Source: Macrostomum hystrix
Taxonomy: Eukaryota > Animalia > Platyhelminthes
DNA length: 64,000 nucleotides
Assembly: GCA_950097015.1 (NCBI GenBank)
Contig: CATNEN010000033.1
Location: 3,596,001 to 3,660,000, forward strand
Direction of reading: 5' to 3'
Under the pieces are notes generated by a model. That model did no database searches. It was not told the DNA's origin and saw only the letters and a list, made by a program, of their open reading frames with translations. The translations under genes were made by a program, and so were the position numbers. Positions 11,663-22,830 of the stretch are shown here, piece by piece. Positions within the stretch are counted from its first letter, which is position 1. Every line of letters starts with the position of its first letter.

Positions 11663-12089
11663 GGGGGATACATCGGCTTAGCCTTAGTCAATAAACGAGA
11701 CACCTCGAGCCTTTGCCCGCTAGACAACAAAATAAGTGGGAAATATTATGCATTTATTATTAACAGTAATATAGGCTGCGGGCCACAAGGGAAACAACAG
11801 GTCAATGGCAAAAACGAATGCAAACGAAAAACAAAATTTATCGAGTCTCAAAAAAGTTAGAGATTGATAGACAGCCTTAAGCCTTCTTTCTCCAAAACAA
11901 TTAATACCCCTCGTTTTTGGGCAGAAATGTGAGGCCGAGGGCACCGTTAGGTCACACATTGGGTCCATCCTTCTTGTCAAAGCCCCATGAGTCACGCTGC
12001 TTTCTCACTCATGGGGCTTCTCTTTAACTTTTTATGAAAGTCTATGGTTACATTTGGGGCCCCCACACCCCCAGCGGGGCGGGCGATTT

Positions 12090-12344
12090 GCTCATCTCAT
12101 CATCTCCTTGAGCACCATCAGTCCAGATTGCTCGCCAGACGCCCACTGTCTTTTTTTCGTTGTGCCATTCCATGAACGTGACGACCATCCAAGTAGCTTT
12201 CTTCTTAGTAGCTTCTGGCACACAGCCATCGACAACAGCCATGAGCTCTTCCTCCGACGTAAAATCGAAGCGAGGGCAGTTATAGATAGACGACATAAGC
12301 AACCGTTTTGTCACTTCTGTCACATTAAAAAGTGGCAGCCACAT
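12090..12344 (-). mobile_element. Crypton tyrosine recombinase #6, N-terminal fragment
   Basis: RFDFTSEEELMAVVDGCVPEATKKKATWMVVTFMEW is homologous to the N-terminal core of #1 and #5. Confidence 0.75.
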
Positions 12345-12432
12345 TGTCGCTAAACACTTGCAGAGCCAAACAGACTTTCACTTTTTCAAGTTAGATAGGA
12401 AAGATGCTCCGCTTGTAATATAGGGTAACACT

Positions 12433-13622
12433 TTGTGCGCTCACTGTGAGTGAGCAGTTAGGCCTATAGCCCAGTAATTTAACAGATCTACGAGTACAGT
12501 AAACATCTGTAAGTTTTCCCACAAACATTTGGTCACGAAAAATTGCTCCAGAGGCGCATTATTGAGCATAGAATTGTACGTTTGCTTTTCTGCCAAGCTT
12601 TACCATACTCCGCTGCCTTAGACAATCTTTTGCTTGAAAAAATGACGGAGCATAGACTCTGAGACGGTGTGTGGTCAAATACCAGTTTATTTTTAAAAAA
12701 TAGCATAAAGCAAATATGTAACCCTAAGAAGGATAAAAAACGTACAGTCAGTATAACATTATGGTTTTCATGAACTTTTATTTATGCCTCAAATGATACC
12801 AATCATTTTCAATGCACTCACGGAGCCGACCAACGAAGCCATCGACGGCATTGCGGACTGCATCCATCCCGTTCTGCCGAATCCAATCAAAAGCTCAAAC
12901 AATGGCTGCGTTCAGATGATGTAAATTCAAAAAGCCTCCCTGGGCGTAGACCAGCTCACGAGCAAAGCCACAAAGAAAGTAGTCGACCGGATTCAAATCA
13001 GGTGACCTTGCTGGCCAAGGTGTGATAAAACACTTGCTAATCACTCTATCGGCACCGAAAGCGTCACTAAGAAACTGGCGCTTCCCCCTCCAACTCTCTC
13101 ATCACATCAAAATCGCGCTCTTCTGTCCTGCCACTGCGAGGTCTGCCACTGTTTCCTTTATGTGACAACTGTAAGTTCTTTCTTTCAGAAACTTTTGCAC
13201 CAGTTGATGAACATTCTTCGTTTAAAGAGGAATGGCAGCAGCGTTTCGTTGAGCATTTCGCCAAGTGTTCGCGAAGCAGATGTGACGCTCCCTCCATTTC
13301 GGTAATAGCAGTGGATGATTCGAAGACGAGTTTCTTCTTCAAACTTGCAGGCCATTGACGGTTTTCGAACTATGCAGCAGCTATGGTCCATGGGAAATTT
13401 TAACATTATAGCAGTCTCAGAGTCTAGGCATGCTCTGCCATTTTTCTTACGCAAAAGGTTTTCTATGGCCGCCGTCTATGGAAAAGCTTAGCAGAGAAGC
13501 TAGCGTACACTTCTATGCTCAATAATGCGCCTCTGGAGCAATTTTTCGTGACCAAATGTTTACTGTAGACCTTTTAAATTACAGAGCTATAGGCTAACTG
13601 CTCATTCACAGTGAGCGCACTG
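12433..13622 (-). mobile_element. Internally deleted Tc1/mariner element (rosa/DD41D-like) with about 120-145-bp TIRs
   Basis: 12435-12580 is the inverse of 13504-13620. Remnant transposase CYYRNGGSVTSASR...GRPRSGRTEE is fused to PWPARSPDLNPVDYFLCG; most of the catalytic domain is missing. Confidence 0.8.
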
Positions 13623-14000
13623 ATTTCCTCCCTCAACTGGCACGATGTGGCAAATTAAGGAGTCACCTGTGATTATACGCTTCTCAGGCAGCCACTCAAT
13701 CAGCTGTACCACTTAGCGATCCCCGAAGATCGTGCCCATCCGCTTCTTCATCGATGGCACCGTCTTGGCCTTCAGCAGAGTGGGTTCATCAGGGCGCTTC
13801 CACTGTATGCTCTGGGCTTTGGTCTCCGGCTCGTAGAGGGAAATCATGGACTCGTCCCTTGTTACGATGGCATCAAGAAACTCCTCTTTGCGGTACTCAT
13901 GATGTGCAGCAGCTGTTGGCAAGCCCTGTTGCGCTGCATCTCTGCAGTCAGGAGTTTTGGCACCCATCTAATCGCATGAGTTGCTGTTTTCGCTCATTGC
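13623..14000 (-). mobile_element. mariner transposase fragment, cut off by the adjacent element
   Basis: FLDAIVTRDESMISLYEPETKAQSIQWK...KAKTVPSMKKRMGTIF, then LIEWLPEK. Confidence 0.85.
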
Positions 14001-14029
14001 TCGACAGAGTATCTGGTATCTGACGATAC

Positions 14030-14290
14030 CAGAGTATCCGACGCATTGCTTTCACTCTGTCTGCGTCCACTTTAATTCCAATTTGAGAAAGTATGTTGCC
14101 GAGAAATTTTATCTCCTTCAGTCCGACTTTCAGTTTTTTTAGGATTTAAGCGAAAATTCTTCGCACAGCAGCTTCATCGTGTTCTGTAGCAGTCTTGCCC
14201 CAGAAAATAAAGTCGTCAATAAAATTGTTGCAGTTACTGATCCTGTCTGAGATCTCCTCTCGAACCCGGAAGCAGAAGACAGAAGACAGA
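14030..14290 (-). mobile_element. Ty3/gypsy-type reverse transcriptase fragment
   Basis: My translation with one frameshift: NNFIDDFIFWGKTATEHDEA...LNPKKLKVGLKEIKFLGNILSQIGIKVDADRVKAM, a YxDD-type motif plus the downstream KFLG motif. Confidence 0.75.
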
Positions 14291-14586
14291 TATTTTTCCA
14301 AAGTCTGATAATTCTAGCAATGTAAATTCAAGCGTTTTATTATATTGTATATCGCGGTTTGTAGTAAATAATGTATACTGCACATGTCACGCAAAACAAA
14401 CAAAGTCAAACTAAGAATTGTTAGGCTTTGATCCAGAAGGCCATGCAACAAGTGTACAACAAAGAAACTACAAGCTATAAGGATAGCATACAGACAAGGA
14501 ACAATGCAGGCAATCAATGTTAAATATAATAACATAATACTACTTCAGTATACATGCCGATGCAGGAAATTCTATGAATGAAAGTT

Positions 14587-14950
14587 TCAGACCCGACAAG
14601 CACTGCGCAGTTTCACCAAATTACGGTCACGCTCATCACTTGCTTGCTCCGTCGTTTTGCAGCGCTGGACGAGTCCTTTGAAGAAGATGTTGGAAAGGCG
14701 GTGCGCTACAGAAGAGGTGGAAAATTCTTCACCTGGGAAAAAGCAGTCAGCGATCTTGTCAGGAACAGCTGCTGAACTCGAGACGCGAAGCTTGGCGAAT
14801 GCGAAATGAAACTGGCATAGCATGCAGAGACGCAAAAAGTAAAATAGCCAGTCTGGCGAATGCGCTAGCTTGCCCCGAGAGACCATCTCTGTAAATTCGC
14901 ATGCTTTAATGTCTCCAAATCCGGCATCAGTGTTCGTAGGCAGTCCTTCC
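14587..14950 (-). mobile_element. Possible C-terminal remnant of a second P-like or other DNA transposase
   Basis: FTEMVSRGKLAHSPDWLF...RLSNIFFKGLV...LVKLRS resembles transposase C-termini from memory only; needs an HMM search. Confidence 0.3.
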
Positions 14951-15502
14951 TTGGCGGCAATATAACTTTAAAACTGTAAAATAAAACTGTAAAAACGTGT
15001 TTCAAATCGATCGAATTAAGTGTTTCGGTTAAAACTGGTTGCTGAAGGTTGTAAAGGATTCAGATTTGAAATTTTTTGCTCACGTCTCGAAAAAAACTCA
15101 ACTCCCACGAGTAAAATTCTGGTCAGCAGAAAACTTTGAAAATCGGACTCAAAAACTTTTCAGCATAAAATGGCCGTTTCCCGTCCCGAGTATTCAGTAG
15201 TCCCTGCTCTTTTATTTAGTCATGGCAGTCTAGTCCACATATATAAAATAAAGCTCAAAAAGAGAAATATCATCTATCATAACAATAAAAGATGCGTCGC
15301 TCTCGAGCTCAAAGGGCTTGTTAAGGTCGTGTGTTGCCAACATGGAGTTATTCGTTAGCGTGATTTTATAGTGTAAATTAAACAATTTTCTGATATCTCA
15401 TTATTGCAGTCTTTAATGCCCAAATGATTTTTATTTATTTTTCTTCTGTTTCTATATTCATAGCTCTCTTATATATTTAAAAAATTGTTTATCTGTCCGC
15501 TT

Positions 15503-15515
15503 GTTGTTTAGTAAC
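15503..15515. promoter_or_regulatory. RFX X-box-like motif upstream of SAXO
   Basis: GTTGTTTAGTAAC lies about 95 bp before the SAXO ATG. RFX X-boxes are a known feature of ciliary gene promoters. Confidence 0.35.
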
Positions 15516-15609
15516 AGCATTATTGTAATCGATTTAATATGTAATGTCCACTTTTTATTTTATTCCGCGATTTTTCTATCTGCGCTCTTTTAGTAGACCT
15601 GCTGGAAAT

Positions 15610-18600
15610 ATGAAATCGTCACGCCCAGAGCAGTGTATATGCGAAATCTGTAATTGTGGGTAAGTAAATATTTATAGGAAGTGATTTTTATGAATGAATT
15701 ATCACGATATTTACGTGAATGCTCTATACAACATATGAATTCATGTCATGTCATTGAAAAAGAAAAAATAAAGAACCCAATTCATGACTTTTATTTCCAT
15801 TGCCTATTTTATGATTTGCAATAATATTCAATTTAAACTGCCTAAACGGTTGACCCATCAAACCGATCAATTAGCTAGCTGAAAAAAGCAAACATAAAAC
15901 ATAATTCATAAATGTCATCTAGCAATATAAATGTAAGTTTTTTAGACTAGCAACCTTTGTTGTGACTTTCTTAGGTTATACAGCAAGATTTTGTTTTGCA
16001 TTTTAGCAACTAAATTTAATTTCTTAAATCCCAAAGAGTCCATATTAATTTAGCCCACACAATGTACATGTATGATGTATTGTTAAAGAAAAGGTAGGTA
16101 GACCAATAATAATTTTATTCAACTCATTTGATTGACTGCTATTAATATTTTATTATTATATAATATTATATTATAATATTAAAATATAATAATATTATAT
16201 TTTATTATAACTGTTTTAGCAGCCTTTAAATATGTGAGAGTAGAAATATAATATTGTCCAATATTATAGTATATTATATTATAGTATATATTATATTATA
16301 GTATATCTTACATTTTTATAGACTACCTAAAATTCAACTTGGAAAGCGTATGCAAGTAATTCAAGTATAGATTCGTATTTTTTAACATTTTAAATCTTAA
16401 CATATCTATGTAATCTAAATCTAATGCAGTTTACCATTATAGTCATGTTTGTTAAAAAAAACGTGTAAAGTGCTTTTGAAGTTCTCGGTTCTGTTTAAAA
16501 ATAATTGCAAATGAGCGACCTCTTGTTTAGAACTGACCAATCTTCTAAGCGAGAGTTTTATTCAAAAGTATAACCCTGAACCCTGCAATACAGCCGGCAC
16601 CGATGCAAGGTTCATCCGAATCGGCCGTTGCGCGATGGTCCGTGCAACCTGTCCGAGTACAACAACAAATACATCCAACATCCCATGCAGCCTGTGTCTA
16701 GCTTCAAGCCGGCGGCCCGTCCAGCCGCTGGCGATGGCCCGCTGTCGGACCAGACCACTCACCGGGTGGACTACATTCCCCACCCACTGGAACGCCCGCA
16801 CCTGCACCAGCCGGATCAGTACAGGCAGCCGGAGGGTGCTTTCGAGGACACCACCATGTACAAGAAGGACTACACGCAGAAGCAGGGCGGCCCAGCCCAG
16901 CCTATTAAGCGGGACGTGAAGAGAGGCGCGCTTGGCGAGTTCCAGGTAGGCAGCAGTCTAAAGAATTTAAGTTTAATAATAATAATAATACTTTATTACA
17001 CCTGCCAGCTATTCTGTGGTGCATCTGAATGCTGTGTACGTCTTTACAGTCCATGGACTGTGGGGACGCCATACGCACCCTCAATTACCGCAGCTAATGC
17101 TGGCATCCATATCTCAAACAGCTGATTGAGCTGAAACAGAGTTAAATGACACGAAAGGAAACAAATTGTTCCAGCGTAGTAGGGAGTCGAACCCCCGACC
17201 TTCAAGTCATGAGTCCCAACCTCTAACCACTAAGCTACAACCCCACATATTTCTAATAAGTACTTGCATTATTACATACTTTTTTCTCGTTTTCCTCCCA
17301 GGGTGAGCCGACGTACAAGCACGACTACAGGCGCTGGGAGCTGGCCAAGCCGGACCGTGGTGGTCCCCAGAACACCTGGGAGCCGCCGCGCGATCCCTTC
17401 GGCGGCGTCCCGACCTACCAGACCGACTACGTGCCCTACGCTGTCCGGCCCACGGCCAGCTTCAAGCCGAACGAGGCGGCCAAGCTGTCCCAGGCGCCGC
17501 TGGAGGACATGACCGACTATCGGCAGTCCTATGTGCCGCATCCGTTGGAGCGCCGCCAGGAGAAGGAGCGAGCCGGTTGGAATCGGCCGGCTGTGCCATT
17601 CGACGGTATGAGCACTTTCACGCGCGACTACACGCCAAAGGGTGCCGCCCTGCGCGCCTCAATGAAGCCGGACGCTCGACCCTACGCGTCAAATGCGCCG
17701 TTCCACGATGACACCACCCACCGCGTGGACTACAAGCCCTGGGAGCTGTCCCGGCCGTTCGTTCATCAGGCCGGCGCGTACGTACCGCCCGAGGGTGCGA
17801 TCGACGACACGACCACCTACGTGAAGGACTACCCGGTGCATCCGCTGGTCAGGCAGACTTACGCCAAGCGGCCGGACCGCGGACAGCCCAGCGGTCCGTT
17901 CGAGGACGCCACCGACTATAAGTGAGCCTTCCTTGACTCAATTCAGAAACCAAATTTACCTCGCCGGTTAGAGACAGATAATCTGAAATGCGAGAGCCGG
18001 CCGGATTGAATGTGAAGAGACGAGACAACAAAGAATAAATGGTCAAGCGAGAGGAATAGATAAAAAGAGATGAGAGCGACAAGATCAGAGTATGAGAGAG
18101 AAACATACGAGACAGTGGAGAGATGAGACAGTGGAGAGTTGAGACAGTGGAGAGATTAGACAGTGGAGAGATGAGACAGTGGAGAGATGAGACAGGAGAG
18201 ATGAGACAGTGGAGAGATGAGACAGTGGAGAGATGAGACAGGGGGGGAGACGAGATAGTGGAGAGATGAGACAGTGGAGAGATGAGACAGGGGGGGAGAC
18301 GAGATAGTGGAGAGATGAGACAGTGGAGAGATGAGACAGTGGAGAGATGAGACAGGGGGAGACGAGATAGTGGAGAGATGAGACAGTGGAGAGATGAGAC
18401 AGGGGGGGAGACGAGATAGTGGAGAGATGAGACAGTGGAGAGATGAGACAGTGGAGAGATGAGACAGGGGGAGACGAGATAGTGGAGAGATGAGACAGTG
18501 GAGAGATGAGACAGTGGAGAGATAATACATTCGACGTACGAGAGACGAGTGCCAAAGTGCCAATAATTGATCATCTACGATCTGAACAATTGTTCGTAAT

Positions 18601-20294
18601 CGCAGGGACAACTATCGGCAGTGGCAGATGGGCAACCGGGTGCGCGCCGGGCCGAACCAGCAGTACCAGCCGAATCCCGTGCCATTCGAGGGCCAGAGCA
18701 CCACGTCGTCGCACTTTGTGCCCCACCCGTTGGACGTTCGACGCAGCTTCAAGCCGACGCACGGCGCGGCCCAAGCCGACGGGCCGTTTGACGGCACCAC
18801 CCTGTACCGGTGAGCACAGCCAGGCAGCTGGTTTCGATAATGTCAGTATGATGGCGATAATGGCTGATTTCGATATTGACACTACTTGCAGTAGTGTCCT
18901 GGGTCACTTTCCCCTCAAGTCAAGTCTAAGTTTGTGTCGTGGAAGCTCCTGGCGTAAAAGTTTTCAGATAATTTTTTCATTTGAGATTAAGCAATTAACT
19001 TGAAAGATAACTTGACTGCCGGCATGCCTAGACTCGTTTGTGTTGACATTGTGGGGCTTTTATCTTGGAAATGCCACGATGACCTAAGTAAAGATTCTTG
19101 CAACAGAAATCTTACCTTGGCCAGTGCTTATTTCTCCAGTCTCAAATTTCTCAAAAACTAGTTTATTAGACCATAAAAGACCCCACTTTCACCTGCACAG
19201 TCTCGCCATAGTCTAACGTAAGCCTAAATTCAAGTTTTTCGCATCACCTGCTAGCACTGCAGCGATGCCACGGACGCCCGCTTCTCGTGTCCCGGATTTC
19301 ACCTACAGCGACCCCCCCTGCATTTTCCAGATCAGCAAGCTAAATAGGGAAGTAAGCAAGGAGGGGATAGGAAAGAATGCTGCCGCGAAAATAATAATTT
19401 CCCTGCTAGAACAGGCAGGTTGCACTGCCCGGGTGGTCCACGCTTTTTGGCATCTAGGGAGACCAGCCATTTTTCCTCTTCCAATCCCCTACAGCTCGCT
19501 CGGGTCCGTCCTGCTAGCCGCCCCGCCCACTGATCCGTTCATTGATTGTCCTGATTGATGGCTGGGTCTTTGTGACGTGTGGTGGTTGGTAGGGCCAGGT
19601 TGTGCTGTGTCGCCTTTCCACCGACCAGTGCAGCTGTTGCACGGGTGGGCTCTGCAGGGTGGCGGTGGGCCAGTGAGGCGAGGCCTCGCTTGAGAATTTG
19701 CAGCAGATGCAGGCGGGCAATAAATCTGTCTGATTTGTTTTTCTGAGGGGCAGGCTGCCTGGGGCTGCTTAGCTTAGCATGGCTTAGCTTAAAGCACTGA
19801 GCTAAGTAAAAAGTGCGCCGGATTAACGCTCGGAAATTCGATTTAGGCGAACTGGCTGGCCGGCTTTGCGGGGTTGTAAATATTTCAGCATCTCGCCGCG
19901 ACAACTCGCGCGCGTGGCTCATTGGCGACGGAAACGGAATATTTGGAGATCCGGTCGAATTTCTGTGCTTAGCGAGTGTTTTTTATGCACGAAATTGGCC
20001 AATGTCACGATAGGCGCTGTGGGTTGCGGGACGTTTGCAGGTGGTCTATGTGGGATCCTAATCCAGAATTCTTCTGATCCGAAAAACTAGTTTAACCGCG
20101 CCCTTCCTCGCAGCATGGAATACGTGCCCAAGCACTCCGAGCCCTGCCCGGCCGCCACTCTGGAGACGAACGCGTCGCGATTCCGTTACCAGGGCAACGA
20201 CGATCGCGGCCACCAGGTCTACGTGCCCAAGGAGATGTCGCTGGGCACGACCGTCACGGACCTGTCCAACGGTCGAGTTGTTACCGTCAACTGA
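15610..20294 (+). CDS. SAXO: Stabilizer of axonemal microtubules (SAXO/FAM154 family), join(15610..15659,16594..16945,17302..17921,18606..18809,20114..20294), 468 aa
   Basis: N-terminal MKSSRPEQCICEICNCGRHRC, repeated Mn-type motifs (TTHRVDY.P, TTMYKKDY) and C-terminal EYVPK...CPA...GHQVY. All introns are GT-AG with consistent phases; total 1407 nt. Confidence 0.92.
16975..17244 (-). mobile_element. tRNA-derived SINE in SAXO intron 2, antisense
   Basis: 5' head GGGGTTGTAGCTTAGTGG (A box)...GGTTCGACTCC (B box) with a CAT anticodon-like loop but poorly pairing stems; about 200-nt body; AATAAA and a (TAT)n tail. Confidence 0.7.
18109..18522. repeat. 16-bp minisatellite GAGACAGTGGAGAGAT (SAXO intron 3)
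   Basis: Direct inspection. Confidence 0.95.
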
Positions 20295-22425
20295 AAGTCG
20301 GACAGCTCCTGGCATGAACTGCCGGACTTAAGGCTGCAACAGACCTGGAATCACTATAATTGCTTCTATCAATTAGACTCACTGCTTTGTGGCACTGGCT
20401 GCTGGAGTTAATATGACCTCCTGCTGATTGTTCTAATAGCGAGGCCCACAGATTTACTATCCAAGTTGACAGAATCCAAACTCCAGTAGTGAGTGCTGCC
20501 TTAGCTGCCAGTTATACTCGTAGATTACGTTGCTCTTTATATTTAAAAAGTCTATCTTTGTAATCAACAGAGAAGTTCATCACTATACACAGGTAAATCG
20601 TATTTCGTAAAATCCTAACGAACAGTTTTTTGATCCATACTTGTTTATTACTGGATTACTGGACTTTGTTTAAACAGATAAAAATGTGCGGGAAATTTGG
20701 GTGCTGGATTTTATTCCCATTTGCTCCCATCCAACAAGTTTTCTGTCCGTAATTTTTCCCAGGCTACGTACTGCGAGATATAATTAGCTGTGGGTATATT
20801 TGATGAAATCCATGACCTGGCTGCCTTTTTCATACTCGTAAATGCTTCCTAAAATAGTTTTTTTTCCATAAATCCTGTACCGAACCTTCCGTCTAGAATT
20901 TAGTTTCATTTCGCTGAATCGCAGCTGATGATCGTTTTTCTGGCTTCGACATTTTTCCTCCATAAAATCTCAATGGATATTTTTCTTACTTTTTACTCTT
21001 CATTGAGTGGGTGACTCAAACTGGTTTTCTGCGACTCAATCAAATCTATTTTTTATGACTTTTGAAAGTTTTCCAAATTTTTGCGGAGTCCCGAAACAAT
21101 CTCAACGCAGTTTTTTGTCGTTGTCTTTTTTCCCCTTAGCTTCCTCAGCTATCGAGGCCGGCATCGGAGCCTCTCTTAACTTTAAGTTCGAGCGCCGTCC
21201 CTTAAGACAGTTTGTAGACAGGTCTAGCTTAGCACTGCTTTGCATCGATGTTTTCCCTATCCTACAACTTTTTCTACAAGTTTTTGTCCCTATTTTTTTC
21301 TACTAAATTCCAGATGTTAGTTTTTGCTCTTCCACAACACAATAAGGTCGAGCAGACTCAGAAGTTGCTCAGAAGTGTCTGGTGTGCTAGTTTCACTGAA
21401 AAGCTACCGACTGTTACATGGACAGTTGTCCGTTTTCATCTGCATTAGCAGGGGTTGAGTGGCAGAGCGGTCCCTGGGCTCGATTCCGCGGCGAGGCCAC
21501 ATTCATTTGGTGCGCAGTCGCGGAGAGAAGGCTTGGGGGCTTGTCGCGCAATTTACGCCCTTGAGGACCAACCCCCAAGGCACAGTGAAGGTGCACACTG
21601 CCTGCCTATGAGAAACACCTGTATCTGTGTGCGTGTGTGCTCAGGAGACAGCGAAATGGGCAGAATTGATGTGCCATTGATGTACCATTGCCCGCAGCCC
21701 TTCAGCAATTATTATATTATTACCAGCGTTGGCTGGGGTAACTAAGTCTGGTTGTGGCACCGCTCCCACTCATGTCCATGGACCGCATATCAGGCCCAAT
21801 CGAGGCAGGTGTACTTCGACTCGACAACAGTTTAAGCATGTCCTAATTTCTTAGAGAATTTTCAGTCTTGCAGTTTTTCATGTCACCGAAACCAGTTGAG
21901 GGTTTCTCAGACGAAAATGGGACAGGGTGCAAGGTGCAAGACTGACAGGTTGTTATTGATTTGCCAGACAGTTGCTGAATCAGGCTGGATCGACTCGGCC
22001 CTATTTAATAATCTCTTACTTCGCTTGGTGAGCTTAGCGAAGTGAGAATTAGTGGAACGGGTGGAGAGAGGCGAGTGGAGGGGGGAGAGAGAAACAGTTG
22101 AGGGGAGTTACGCTAGTCATGTCGCCCAGAAAGCGAAGGCGAGCCTAGCTTTATTGAAGCCAGTAGCCAAAACTTTTTTGTAATAATCCTAACAAAACTG
22201 AAAAAAGCAATCGGAACTTCGCTTGGTTTTCATGCAAGATCGAAAAAAGTTTGTCAATGCAAACCCGCTCGGCGGACGTGCAAAAGCTGGGCTTTCCCCT
22301 TCGGCTGGCAAAGCTTTTGAGCAAATAAAGTGGCTGAGCTGTGCGAGCAGGTGGCTCGGGAGCGGCTAATCTCGCTGCTGTTTGTTGAATAACAATCTTC
22401 GCCCAATACTGCTGATGCTAGCACT

Positions 22426-22595
22426 GCAGGCAGGCAGGCAGACAGGCAGGCAGGCAGGCAAGGCAGGCAGGCAGACAGGCAGGCAGGCAGGCAAGGCAGG
22501 CAGGCAAGGCAGGCAAGGCAGGCAGGCAGGCAGGCAGGCAAGGCAGGCAGGCAGACAGGCAGGCAGGCAGGCAAGGCAGGCAGGCAAGGCAGGCA

Positions 22596-22629
<34 letters not shown>

Positions 22630-22785
22630 ACAGGCAGACAGACAGACAGACCGGTAGGCAGGCAGGCAAGGCAGGCAAGGCAGGCAGACAGACAGACAGA
22701 CCGGCAGGCAGGCAGGCAAGGCAGGCAAGGCAGGCAGGCAGACAGACAGACCGGCAGGCAGGCAGGCAAGGCAGGCAAGGCAGGC

Positions 22786-22830
<45 letters not shown>

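Noticed and set aside
1-12344. Bacterial integron, prophage integrase or IS630 contamination
   Set aside because: The recombinases are DUF3504/Crypton-like, one has a spliceosomal intron, and they are interleaved with P, mariner and gypsy remnants contiguous with intron-containing genes.
17170-17244. Functional tRNA-Met gene
   Set aside because: Acceptor and anticodon stems pair poorly, and it continues into a SINE-like body and tail.
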